Under the pieces are notes generated by a model. That model had not been told where the DNA came from and ran no database searches. It worked only from the letters and a program-made list of their open reading frames with translations. Shown in pieces: positions 36,008-43,919 of a stretch of DNA of 64,000 nt. Position 1 is the stretch's first letter; the number at the start of each line of letters is the position of its first letter. The translations under genes were made by a program, and so were the position numbers. The DNA is taken from the IMG/VR virus record IMGVR_UViG_3300020404_000006, one strand, 5' to 3'. Source of the stretch: a virus.

Positions 36008-36336
36008 AATGATCTATCACAAGCCCATCTTCTAACTTCCATTGCATGAAAGTGTTGTCGTAAGTATTCTATTGCTTCTTTTGGTTTATTGTCATCACTA
36101 CAAGTAAAGATGTCACACTTAGCAATATTTTTTTCAGGCCAAGTGTGAATACTCATATGACTCTCTGCAAGAAGAGCGAATCCTGTCACTCCTTGTGGTT
36201 CAAATTTATGTGTATGTACTGTGATTACTTTGCACCCTGCTTTCTCTGATGCCTCTAGTAAACAATCCCTAACATGGGATTCACTATCCAACAGAGTGGG
36301 AGAGCACTCAATTAAATCAAATAATATATGTTTCAT
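36004..36336 (-). CDS. speD: S-adenosylmethionine decarboxylase proenzyme
   Basis: HKFEPQGVTGFALLAESHMSIHTWPE...DIFTC. Confidence 0.93.
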   Translation of the reverse strand: MKHILFDLIECSPTLLDSESHVRDCLLEASEKAGCKVITVHTHKFEPQGVTGFALLAESHMSIHTWPEKNIAKCDIFTCSDDNKPKEAIEYLRQHFHAMEVRRWACDRSL

Positions 36337-36361
36337 TATGCGACCCTACGGCTCAAAATTT

Positions 36362-36407
36362 TACCCGAATTTTTTTTCCAGCTTTTTGTGTTTTAAAAGC
36401 TGATTTT
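36362..36407. repeat. 46-bp dispersed intergenic repeat, copy B
   Basis: TACCCGAA-T8-CCAGCTTTTT-GTGT-TTTAAAAGCTGATTTT. Confidence 0.85.
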
Positions 36408-36678
36408 ACATTGGAGGCATCGAAGGATCATCGACAGGCATACCAGAACCAGGCATACCGTATCCGAAATCCATTCCACCACCACTACCCATGCCAGGAG
36501 GCATGCCAGGAGGTCCTTGTTGATCTTGTCCGCCACCAAACTGTCTGTTGACTCCGCCTGGTTGCATCTTCTCGAACCCATGTTCCACCCTATGAGCTTC
36601 AACAATTTCTTTAATTGATGTCAACTCTTTCTGTAGATCCTTTAACTTGTAGAGGATCAGATCAATCTTATCTTCCAT
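36406..36678 (-). CDS. Coiled-coil plus Gly/Pro/Met-rich low-complexity protein (90 aa)
   Basis: Start trimmed to MEDKIDLIL. Confidence 0.6.
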   Translation of the reverse strand: MEDKIDLILYKLKDLQKELTSIKEIVEAHRVEHGFEKMQPGGVNRQFGGGQDQQGPPGMPPGMGSGGGMDFGYGMPGSGMPVDDPSMPPM

Positions 36679-36859
36679 ACTGAGATCTATTCCTAATGAT
36701 GATTTGGTTGTTAGCGTAGTCTGGAATGAAGTCCAGTACATCTTCGTGAGGCCAGTGCATTTCCTCGTACAAAGCATTCAATCTTTCCATGTCTTCCCAA
36801 AGATCATTAATATGTTCTTTCGGAAAAACATTTTCTTCTGGCTCTAAGTTTCCGTGCAT
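36668..36859 (-). CDS. Conserved cyanophage hypothetical protein
   Basis: HINDLWEDMERLNALYEEMHWPH. Confidence 0.7.
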   Translation of the reverse strand: MHGNLEPEENVFPKEHINDLWEDMERLNALYEEMHWPHEDVLDFIPDYANNQIIIRNRSQYGR

Positions 36860-36861
36860 TG

Positions 36862-37077
36862 TTATCTTCCTAAGAAATAGTGATTGATTACTTCAATCTT
36901 CTCATGTGCTTGAGCGACAGCGTTAAGTTCACCATCTATGGCTCCCATGAGGTCTGGATGCTCTCCAATTCCCACAGGTTGATTGAGATAGATCTCAACG
37001 TTCTGCTGATGTTTAGCGATTAATCCTTCATAATAACGGATTTGTGACTTTAGAATGTCATCACGCAAGTTAACCAT
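36862..37077 (-). CDS. Conserved hypothetical protein
   Basis: NVEIYLNQPVGIGEHPD. Confidence 0.75.
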   Translation of the reverse strand: MVNLRDDILKSQIRYYEGLIAKHQQNVEIYLNQPVGIGEHPDLMGAIDGELNAVAQAHEKIEVINHYFLGR

Positions 37078-37079
37078 AA

Positions 37080-37316
37080 TTAAACCAGTTTGTATTGTTG
37101 TAAGTATTTAACAGTTTCTGCAGCGCCTCCAATGGTGCGGTCATCAACTGAGACTTGAGGGAATGTAGATCCCTCTCCAAACTGAGAGATAAATTCTTTC
37201 TTGTCGAAGTGTTCGTCAAGTTTGTATTCTACAAAGTTTAGTTGTGCTAATTGTAACACGGAAATAACTTTCTCGCAATGACCACAACCTAATTTTGAGT
37301 AAACGGTGAAATTCAT
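37080..37316 (-). CDS. nrdC: Glutaredoxin
   Basis: FTVYSKLGCGHC, TFPQV, IGG. Confidence 0.88.
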   Translation of the reverse strand: MNFTVYSKLGCGHCEKVISVLQLAQLNFVEYKLDEHFDKKEFISQFGEGSTFPQVSVDDRTIGGAAETVKYLQQYKLV

Positions 37317-37534
37317 TTTGCCTCGTATGTTTGGAACCACTCTTTGAGTGAAATTTGATAACCAGATTCACGATAAGGAGGTTCCTTGATCCCCTTCATC
37401 TTTTTATAGTCATTGTGCATTGCCATGAGTAACCAACTCTGGCTAAGGGAATGAGGTCCTTCTTCCAAGAGTTCTCTTTGTCTCTTGGACACCACCTTCA
37501 TCCCTAAGTATTCTTTTCTCCAAGATGTATCCAT
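37313..37534 (-). CDS. Conserved hypothetical protein
   Basis: LLEEGPHSLSQSW. Confidence 0.65.
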   Translation of the reverse strand: MDTSWRKEYLGMKVVSKRQRELLEEGPHSLSQSWLLMAMHNDYKKMKGIKEPPYRESGYQISLKEWFQTYEAK

Positions 37535-37695
37535 CAGAGAAGTATCGCTCCAATAATAAATCCTTTAGCGAAAGCAATACATTTGATTTGATAGTCTGTT
37601 AGATTGAATTTCTTTTGAAACTTATCAATCATTTTCTTATCCCATTCTACTGCCTTATCGAAAGCACCTTTTGCTTTATGCTTGAAACAACTCAT
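37534..37695 (-). CDS. Small hypothetical protein (53 aa, ...NLTDYQIKCIAFAKGFIIGAILL)
   Basis: Hand-translated; TGA overlaps next ATG. Confidence 0.6.
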   Translation of the reverse strand: MSCFKHKAKGAFDKAVEWDKKMIDKFQKKFNLTDYQIKCIAFAKGFIIGAILL

Positions 37696-37726
37696 ACGTT
37701 ATGTGAAAAAAACTATTTAGATTATA

Positions 37727-38350
37727 TCACTTCAACTTGAAAGTGTAAATGTGTTTGCCTGGCGTGTTGACATAATGTGCATCTCCTGACTCCAGTGCAT
37801 CTCTAAGTTTCTGTGCAAATGGTTTTAATTTATTCTTATACTTTGTTCTGATTGCCTTATCATGATAAGTTTTATCACCGTACTGTATGAGTCTGCCTGG
37901 CGAAGTTAAACCCTCATATTTGAAATTGGTCGCCTTGTATATGACCCCTCTGTGACCGTGAAATGCGTCTGCATAGGACACGATGACCTTGTGGTCGGTA
38001 TTCTTTTTCAACCACCTCTGAGTCTTTCCTATGAAGTAACTCTCTGTACACTTAGGGGTGGCATCAATGCAACACAGTCTCCTGAGTTCAATGACATCAC
38101 TCTCACTCTCTCCATACTTCCTCCACGCATTTGCCATACCTAGAGGACCATATATCATTGCACCTATCAAGGTAGAGTCACAGTAAAGTCCAAACACATG
38201 AGATATTCTGAGTCCATTGACACTCTTAGAGTAGTGCCATGTCTCTATAAAATCTCTCACACATTGTATGTTAGTTACCTTGACATCAAAATCCGTTACC
38301 CTTTTACCCAAGGGCACTGAATAATCGTCATAGAGAAGTGACTTCAACAT
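37727..38350 (-). CDS. Mom-family GNAT-fold DNA modification protein
   Basis: WHYS, FGL...LIGAMIYG, IELRRL, SYAD..HGHRGVIYKATNFKYEG. Confidence 0.75.
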   Translation of the reverse strand: MLKSLLYDDYSVPLGKRVTDFDVKVTNIQCVRDFIETWHYSKSVNGLRISHVFGLYCDSTLIGAMIYGPLGMANAWRKYGESESDVIELRRLCCIDATPKCTESYFIGKTQRWLKKNTDHKVIVSYADAFHGHRGVIYKATNFKYEGLTSPGRLIQYGDKTYHDKAIRTKYKNKLKPFAQKLRDALESGDAHYVNTPGKHIYTFKLK

Positions 38351-38356
38351 ACAATA

Positions 38357-38385
38357 ATTATATCAATCAAATGATCTTTTGTCTA
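38357..38385 (-). promoter_or_regulatory. sigma70 promoter of the Mom-like gene
   Basis: TAGACA-17 nt-TATAAT immediately after tRNA-Leu. Confidence 0.65.
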
Positions 38386-38469
38386 TGGGAGAGGAGGGAC
38401 TCGAACCCTCACGACATTGCTGTCAACAGATTTTAAGTCTGGTGTGTCTACCGATTCCACCACACTCCC
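38386..38469 (-). tRNA. tRNA-Leu(TAA)
   Basis: GGGAGTG acceptor, anticodon loop CTTAAAA, long variable arm, GTTCGAGTC T loop. Confidence 0.93.
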
Positions 38470-38472
38470 GAA

Positions 38473-38546
<74 letters not shown>

Positions 38547-38621
38547 TGGTAGGACTGTCGGGAATTGAACCCGATTGACTCCGTTATAAGCAGAGCGCAT
38601 TAACCAATATGCGACAGTCCC
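38547..38621 (-). tRNA. tRNA-Ile(TAT) with encoded CCA
   Basis: GGGACTG/CAGTCCT acceptor, CTCTG-CTTATAA-CGGAG anticodon arm, ends ACCA. Confidence 0.9.
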
Positions 38622-38638
38622 TTGTGCGTCACTCCGTT

Positions 38639-38647
38639 ATTATACCA
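38639..38647 (-). promoter_or_regulatory. Extended -10 promoter for tRNA cluster
   Basis: TG-G-TATAAT 18 nt upstream of tRNA-Ile. Confidence 0.6.
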
Positions 38648-38657
38648 CAGTTGCCAT

Positions 38658-38686
38658 AAAAAAAACCCTCTCAGAGAGAGGGTTTT
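38658..38686 (-). terminator. psbA terminator
   Basis: AAAACCCTCTC-3 nt-GAGAGGGTTTT with long T-run on minus strand. Confidence 0.85.
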
Positions 38687-38708
38687 GAAAGATTTAAGAT
38701 TTAGTATC

Positions 38709-39794
38709 TTAACCAATAGAAGGTGCAGTTAAAGCAACTTCACTTGTCTCGGCAGCAGCCAAGTCTAGTGGGAAGTTGTGAGCGTTACGCTCGTGCATTA
38801 CTTCCATACCAAGGTTAGCACGGTTAAGAACATCTGCCCATGTAGGAATCACTTTACCAGAGTTGTCTAGAACAGACTGGTTGAAGTTGAAACCGTTAAG
38901 GTTAAATGCCATTGTGCTGATACCCATTGCGGTAATCCAGATGCAAACAACTGGGAAAGCGGCAAGGAAGAAGTGTAAACTTCTTGAGTTGTTGAACGAA
39001 GCATACTGGAAGATTAATCTACCGAAGTAACCGTGTGCAGCTACGATGTTGTATGTTTCTTCTTCTTGTCCGAACTTGTAACCATAGTTCTGAGACTCTT
39101 GCTCAGTTGTCTCCCTGATCAAAGAAGATGTTACAAGTGAACCGTGCATTGCAGAGAAGAGTGAACCTCCGAATACACCAGCTACTCCAATCATGTGGAA
39201 TGGGTGCATAAGAATGTTGTGCTCTGCCTGGAAAACAAACATGAAGTTGAATGTTCCAGAAATTCCAAGTGGCATACCGTCAGAGAATGAACCTTGACCG
39301 AATGGATACACAAGGAATACTGCCATTGCAGCAGATACAGGTGCGGAATAAGCAACACAGATCCAAGGTCTCATACCTAATCTGTATGATAATTCCCACT
39401 GACGACCACAGTATGCTGTGATGCCGATTAGGAAATGGAATACAACTAACTGATAAGGGCCTCCGTTATAGAGCCACTCGTCTAGTGAAGCTGCTTCCCA
39501 GATTGGGTAGAAGTGTAGTCCGATTGCGTTTGAACTTGGGACAACAGCACCAGAGATGATGTTGTTACCATACATTAAAGAACCAGCAACTGGCTCTCTG
39601 ATTCCGTCGATATCGACAGGAGGTGCAGCGATGAAAGCTACGATGAAACAAGTGGTAGCTGCGAGGAGGCAAGGAATCATTAAGACTCCGAACCAACCGA
39701 CGTAGATACGATTGTTAGTGGATGTAGTCCACTCGCAAAACTCGTCCCATCCAGCTAACAATCCGCCACGTTTGCGTTGTGAAAGAGTTGTCAT
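38709..39794 (-). CDS. psbA: Photosystem II D1 protein, uninterrupted
   Basis: [14 protein letters not shown]...[33 protein letters not shown]...[13 protein letters not shown]. Confidence 0.99.
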   Translation of the reverse strand: MTTLSQRKRGGLLAGWDEFCEWTTSTNNRIYVGWFGVLMIPCLLAATTCFIVAFIAAPPVDIDGIREPVAGSLMYGNNIISGAVVPSSNAIGLHFYPIWEAASLDEWLYNGGPYQLVVFHFLIGITAYCGRQWELSYRLGMRPWICVAYSAPVSAAMAVFLVYPFGQGSFSDGMPLGISGTFNFMFVFQAEHNILMHPFHMIGVAGVFGGSLFSAMHGSLVTSSLIRETTEQESQNYGYKFGQEEETYNIVAAHGYFGRLIFQYASFNNSRSLHFFLAAFPVVCIWITAMGISTMAFNLNGFNFNQSVLDNSGKVIPTWADVLNRANLGMEVMHERNAHNFPLDLAAAETSEVALTAPSIG

Positions 39795-39823
39795 TGAAAG
39801 AGTGCGATGTTATGTGAGTAAAA

Positions 39824-39860
39824 TAGAGACGTAATTTAACGACCCATAGGTCTCGGTTAG
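39824..39860 (-). ncRNA. PhotoRC-II-like RNA motif in psbA leader
   Basis: ACCGAGACCTATGGGTCGTTAAATTACGTCTC with GAGAC/GTCTC pairing in psbA 5' UTR; family assignment from memory. Confidence 0.6.
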
Positions 39861-39903
39861 CGGGTCGAAGGAAGTGTTGAAATCAACACCCCTACATTTA
39901 TAT

Positions 39904-39932
39904 ATGTTAACAGTTATTTACATTCTTGTCAA
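39904..39932 (-). promoter_or_regulatory. psbA sigma70 promoter
   Basis: TTGACA-17 nt-TAACAT. Confidence 0.7.
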
Positions 39933-40062
39933 CCGTTTCTTGGACTTCTTCCTTTTCTTTTAATCTTTCCAGAAACTCCTCGTCAGGTGTGAATACTATT
40001 GGTCCTTCTAAAATTCTCTCCTCCAATTCATCAAGCAGTGGATCCTTTTCATTCTGATTCAT
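39907..40062 (-). CDS. Small acidic hypothetical protein (51 aa)
   Basis: Trimmed from track ORF 39907..40122. Confidence 0.5.
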   Translation of the reverse strand: MNQNEKDPLLDELEERILEGPIVFTPDEEFLERLKEKEEVQETVDKNVNNC

Positions 40063-40708
40063 GGCGTTCTTTGCTAGTTTTCCAAAAATAATTTTCTTCT
40101 GATCCCAGTCCATCCCGATCATGACCGTTCTCTACTTGGTAGTAGACAGTAGACACCTTGAAGTCAGGGTCTGTTGGTTTCTCAGGAGTCAGACTGTTAT
40201 CGTAAATTCTCATCCTATTGTTAGGGTACAAAGCGAACTGTCCGTTGTCAAGCTCTATAAGGTTATGACTTTTATGTTCTGGAGGTTGTTCACTCGTGGA
40301 ATAATCTACTGCGTCTACGTCCTGATGATAGTTGTCAAGAGTACAGATGTATGTTCCTGTTTGGTTGCCGAAATCTCTAGTCATGATCTCGTAGTGCATT
40401 GATCCAATGAACTGTTTCTGTACTGCTACCACACCATAGTCCATACAGTTCCAGAACTGTAAGTTGTGAAGTGTCAGGTCTGGTGTTGGTAACTCTGGTG
40501 ATGATACGAAAGCACTGATAGGTAACTTATCATACATCGCTGCATAGTCTGGCAAATATGTCTCGAAGTAGAAGGCACGGCCTGGAATTGACTTTGCAGA
40601 TACCCAATATCCTTCTACAAATTCTCCGTGTCCACTCTTATGGTCTGTTAAATATTCTTTTCTTACCCACACATGATAGGAGGGTAGATTACAAATTAGT
40701 GCTGGCAT
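40049..40708 (-). CDS. Conserved cyanophage hypothetical protein
   Basis: LICNLP...VWVRKEYL.DH..GHGEFVEG.W...KSIPGRAFYFETYLP. Confidence 0.8.
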   Translation of the reverse strand: MPALICNLPSYHVWVRKEYLTDHKSGHGEFVEGYWVSAKSIPGRAFYFETYLPDYAAMYDKLPISAFVSSPELPTPDLTLHNLQFWNCMDYGVVAVQKQFIGSMHYEIMTRDFGNQTGTYICTLDNYHQDVDAVDYSTSEQPPEHKSHNLIELDNGQFALYPNNRMRIYDNSLTPEKPTDPDFKVSTVYYQVENGHDRDGLGSEENYFWKTSKERHESE

Positions 40709-40896
40709 CTTTCGTACTGTGGTGGTGTGTAGTGATCATTCCAATGGCGAATATTGCCTGCAATGATAAAGCAATTAGTTACTACAAGTTGGACAAAGAT
40801 AAGAGTTCTTATTAAAGCAACCTTGTCGGCCTCTTTATCAGACTTACCAGACTTGTCTCCAAGTGCTTTTGCCCATACTCTCCAGAATTTTTTCAC
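40696..40896 (-). CDS. Hypothetical membrane protein
   Basis: WRVWAKALGDKSG..D.EAD.VA.IRT. Confidence 0.7.
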   Translation of the reverse strand: MKKFWRVWAKALGDKSGKSDKEADKVALIRTLIFVQLVVTNCFIIAGNIRHWNDHYTPPQYERCQH

Positions 40897-40922
40897 TCAA
40901 TTAATAGTTCTATTATAATAAT

Positions 40923-41279
40923 TTATCCTACTTTCTGCAACCCCTTTAATACGTTTGACTTCACATCTAAGAGTCCTTCCGCACTAAACCAAGGAGCACT
41001 CTCCCAGTCGAAACCTTCTCCAAATGTGTTGTCTGCATTGGCAACATACCAATGGCAAGATGTGTCTGGTAGATCTACTGCACACTCAGACCAGTCATCT
41101 TCCCACTGAGGAACCTGTACCCACAATGTTTCTGCGTGGGCGAGTGCTGGGTATGCTAAAGAAAATGAAATGAAAGATATAAATGCCCAGAAAATTGAAG
41201 GTATATATTTGACACTCATTGGTCTCTTATATACTTCCATAACATCATGGTATGATTGTGGGAACATGTCTGACATCAT
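40923..41279 (-). CDS. Secreted/membrane hypothetical protein
   Basis: TM/signal then WVQVPQWEDDWSECAVD; start trimmed. Confidence 0.6.
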   Translation of the reverse strand: MMSDMFPQSYHDVMEVYKRPMSVKYIPSIFWAFISFISFSLAYPALAHAETLWVQVPQWEDDWSECAVDLPDTSCHWYVANADNTFGEGFDWESAPWFSAEGLLDVKSNVLKGLQKVG

Positions 41280-41389
41280 AATAATCCTAAAGACCCTGCT
41301 GTGATACCTACGAAAACGAAAAAACCAAACTCCATAAGATCTCTGGAGCCTGGTGGGATAGTATTTAATAGTGAGGCGAGGAATATCAT
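41276..41389 (-). CDS. Small membrane peptide (37 aa, ...IPPGSRDLMEFGFFVFVGITAGSLGLL)
   Basis: Hand-translated, ATGA overlap. Confidence 0.5.
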   Translation of the reverse strand: MIFLASLLNTIPPGSRDLMEFGFFVFVGITAGSLGLL

Positions 41390-41470
41390 GCGAATACGAA
41401 TGACATTCCGCCGTTTGCACAAGCTATTACACTTACTAGGAATAGACTTGTTGAGATAAGATGGATCATG

Positions 41471-41674
41471 TTATGCACCTGATGGAACTTGAACTGGGAC
41501 TAACTGTTGGTCTGAAACCCTGACACCTAATCCACCACCGTCATCATCGTCGTCATCATCATTGATGATTCTGAGATATAACTCTAACAATACGAGAACA
41601 GCCATGGGGTAGAACAACCAGACTATTGCTTTCCATACTGGATAAGAGTCGGCAGCAAACTGATATTCATTCAT
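41471..41674 (-). CDS. Small membrane protein with DDDDDDDGGG motif
   Basis: ORF track; downstream of hli cluster. Confidence 0.7.
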   Translation of the reverse strand: MNEYQFAADSYPVWKAIVWLFYPMAVLVLLELYLRIINDDDDDDDGGGLGVRVSDQQLVPVQVPSGA

Positions 41675-41758
41675 ATATTGTCCCTATGTGTTGGATTGAA
41701 AATTTTTAATATGTTTTTATTTAGTTTTGTAAAGTTCTAGGGGAAAAAAAATTTGACC

Positions 41759-41932
41759 CTAGAACATACCGAAGAACATGTGACCTGTGGTTAAGTCAGA
41801 GATACATGCTGCTAATAGACCAACCATTGCTGCTCTACCATTCCATGTCTCTGCCCAGATTTTCTGGGGTTCTACTCTTGCGTTCTTCTCAAAGAGTTTA
41901 TCCACTGATTTTTGCTTAAGTGTTTTAGTCAT
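41759..41932 (-). CDS. hli: High-light inducible protein (57 aa)
   Basis: AETWNGRAAMVG. Confidence 0.9.
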   Translation of the reverse strand: MTKTLKQKSVDKLFEKNARVEPQKIWAETWNGRAAMVGLLAACISDLTTGHMFFGMF

Positions 41933-42045
41933 TAAACAATGCCTGGTATAAGTTGACCTGTGAAGGCATAAACTGTGCAAAGTGTGACGAATCCCATCAT
42001 TGCAGCACGTCCTTGTGCCTTGACGAAAATATCTTTGTTAGACAT
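41932..42045 (-). CDS. hli: High-light inducible protein, divergent (37 aa)
   Basis: VKAQGRAAMMGF...TGQLIPGIV; lacks the E and N of AExxNGRxAM. Confidence 0.8.
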   Translation of the reverse strand: MSNKDIFVKAQGRAAMMGFVTLCTVYAFTGQLIPGIV

Positions 42046-42152
42046 TAAAAGATGCCTGGGATGATATTTCCTGTTGTTGCATATGCGCCTACTGCTGCAA
42101 CGAAACCGAGCATAGCTGCCCAACCATTAAATCTTTCTGCTTCTGGAGTCAT
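42045..42152 (-). CDS. hli: High-light inducible protein (35 aa)
   Basis: MTPEAERFNGWAAMLGFVAAVGAYATTGNIIPGIF, hand-translated. Confidence 0.93.
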   Translation of the reverse strand: MTPEAERFNGWAAMLGFVAAVGAYATTGNIIPGIF

Positions 42153-42182
42153 GATAGTGTACCGTTTGTGTGTTGATTGTGT

Positions 42183-42296
42183 TTAGAAAAAGCCTGGAAT
42201 TATCCAGCCTGTGAATCCGTAATTAACTACGGCTGCGAACAAACCCATCATCGCTAGACGACCGTTGATCTGTTCTGCGTTCTTCCAATAATTCAT
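42183..42296 (-). CDS. hli: High-light inducible protein (37 aa)
   Basis: MNYWKNAEQINGRLAMMGLFAAVVNYGFTGWIIPGFF, hand-translated. Confidence 0.93.
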   Translation of the reverse strand: MNYWKNAEQINGRLAMMGLFAAVVNYGFTGWIIPGFF

Positions 42297-42297
42297 T

Positions 42298-42501
42298 TTA
42301 GAATATGCCTGGAATGATTTGACCTGTTGTTGTGTATGCAACAAGTAGTGATACAAAACCTAACATAGCCCAACGACCATTGGTTTTTTCAGCGTTCTTG
42401 CCATACCCTTCATAGGATTCGTCAAGAGTCATACGAGGTTCGATAGAATAGATGTTCTGTCTTCCGCCCGATTCTGTAACTTTACCTTTTGCGATTGTCA
42501 T
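42298..42501 (-). CDS. hli: High-light inducible protein (67 aa)
   Basis: TESGGRQN...AEKTNGRWAMLG...TGQIIPGIF. Confidence 0.95.
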   Translation of the reverse strand: MTIAKGKVTESGGRQNIYSIEPRMTLDESYEGYGKNAEKTNGRWAMLGFVSLLVAYTTTGQIIPGIF

Positions 42502-42525
42502 TGAATTATTAAGAAACGTAACATA

Positions 42526-42554
42526 ATTATATATAAAAGATAAAATTTTGTCAA
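42526..42554 (-). promoter_or_regulatory. Consensus sigma70 promoter of hli operon
   Basis: TTGACA-17 nt-TATAAT. Confidence 0.85.
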
Positions 42555-42582
42555 GTTTCTTAACATTAATTATTTCTGTATT

Positions 42583-42747
42583 CTAATATTCGTACTCTTG
42601 TAAGATCTCTAGGGCGCAGTTTAAAGCCTGCTGTGCTGCCCATCTTTCCTTATCATCCCAAGTGGGATACCAATTCTTTGTGTCAATGCCATGTTTGATC
42701 TTTAAGAGTCTAGATTCCATATAGCATTTGGTTAATCTTCCGTTCAT
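42583..42747 (-). CDS. Small hypothetical protein (54 aa, MNGRLTKCYMESRLLKIKHG...)
   Basis: Hand-translated, ATGA overlap. Confidence 0.6.
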   Translation of the reverse strand: MNGRLTKCYMESRLLKIKHGIDTKNWYPTWDDKERWAAQQALNCALEILQEYEY

Positions 42748-43277
42748 GAGGGTCCTCTAGGCGGTTCTGTTAGATATACGTTGCCTGATATAGTAGTTCC
42801 TTCTCCACCACTCGTTACAAAGTGTTCTATCCACGAGGGAAAGATAATGATACTACCAGCAGGAGCATTGGGAATGAAATCCATAGAGATTGCAGTACCA
42901 TACATTGCCCACTGATTCATTATCAGTTTACGAGAAGGATTCATGAAAACAGTTCTGGAATAATCCACAGACTCCACAATAACGAAACTCCATTGAGCTC
43001 CTGAGTGGATGTGTGGATCTTGCCAGTCGTGTTTACCGTATTTGTTACGCCATACCTGTCCAATTACAAAATCATCTGGTATGAACTGTTGTATGCACTC
43101 TGAGATAAGTCCTTTAACATATTCATATGATTCCTCTGTAAAGTTATCATTTCCTAGTGTTGTAGGACAAGCACTGAGGAATGTAGGTTGAAAATTCTCT
43201 GACACCAAGTTTACTTTATCGAGGTCAATTTCCTCAATGAAAAATGGTGCAGCGAATATAGCGTGTGGGTTTCTCAT
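42744..43277 (-). CDS. Putative 2OG-Fe(II) oxygenase (TIGR02466-like), paralog of 3454..3981
   Basis: WRNKYGKHDWQDPHIH..AQWS...IIIFPSWIEHFV..G.GTTISGN. Confidence 0.8.
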   Translation of the reverse strand: MRNPHAIFAAPFFIEEIDLDKVNLVSENFQPTFLSACPTTLGNDNFTEESYEYVKGLISECIQQFIPDDFVIGQVWRNKYGKHDWQDPHIHSGAQWSFVIVESVDYSRTVFMNPSRKLIMNQWAMYGTAISMDFIPNAPAGSIIIFPSWIEHFVTSGGEGTTISGNVYLTEPPRGPS

Positions 43278-43293
43278 ATAATAATTATAACAG

Positions 43294-43326
43294 AAAAAAG
43301 ACCCACTGCAATCACAGGGGTCTTTT
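43294..43326. terminator. Rho-independent terminator
   Basis: AAAAGACCC...GGGTCTTTT. Confidence 0.7.
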
Positions 43327-43352
43327 GTTTTTATATACTAACGTATTTGTAC

Positions 43353-43703
43353 TTAGAAAACGTACTTAGCACCGATTTTAGCACCGTATCCGTTGTCTGC
43401 ACCATCAGCAGTTTGGAAGGTGAGTTCGCCGTAACCAACAACAGACTCAGACAAATCAACAGATCCACCTGCCTTTGCAAGGAATTCTGTGTCAGAGTCA
43501 CCACCATCAGGTGAGTTTACAATAGGACCACCTTGGACATACCAGTTAGATCCTTCGTAACCAAGTGCAAACTCGGCTGTAGTTGCAGTGTAGTCTCCAC
43601 CAGTGAATGAAGAATTGGTTTCAACGTTTACATAAGGTCCTGCGAAAGCAGCACCAGCGAAAAGGGGAGCAGCAGCTGCGGCTGCGATTACATTTTTGAA
43701 CAT
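43353..43703 (-). CDS. Secreted outer-membrane beta-barrel-like protein (picocyanobacterial family)
   Basis: Signal peptide ...AGAAFA, GPYVNVETN, alternating beta strands, C-terminal GAKYVF. Confidence 0.7.
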   Translation of the reverse strand: MFKNVIAAAAAAPLFAGAAFAGPYVNVETNSSFTGGDYTATTAEFALGYEGSNWYVQGGPIVNSPDGGDSDTEFLAKAGGSVDLSESVVGYGELTFQTADGADNGYGAKIGAKYVF

Positions 43704-43715
43704 TTAATTTCTCTC

Positions 43716-43885
43716 TAATTTACTTGCTGAGTTTTTTTACCAGCAGATGATAGAAGTCTCGACATGACTTCGTGTTAGGTTTGAATCGAAGATAGACCTA
43801 GCGCGAGTAATTGAGGCATTCGGAATACTTGTTCCTCCACAACACGTCTGTTATGGAATCGTGACACTAGCGGGATCGCTAGTTC
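43716..43885 (-). ncRNA. Multi-hairpin structured leader RNA, probably manA-motif-like
   Basis: Stems CTAGCG/CGCTAG, TCCATAAC/GTTGTGGA, GGAA/TTCC, TAGGT/ACCTA, GAAGTC/GACTTC, CTGCTG/CAGCA; family name is recall, not a search. Confidence 0.6.
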
Positions 43886-43919
43886 CATTTATTTAGTTTA
43901 ACAAATTTTTTAGGATTTG

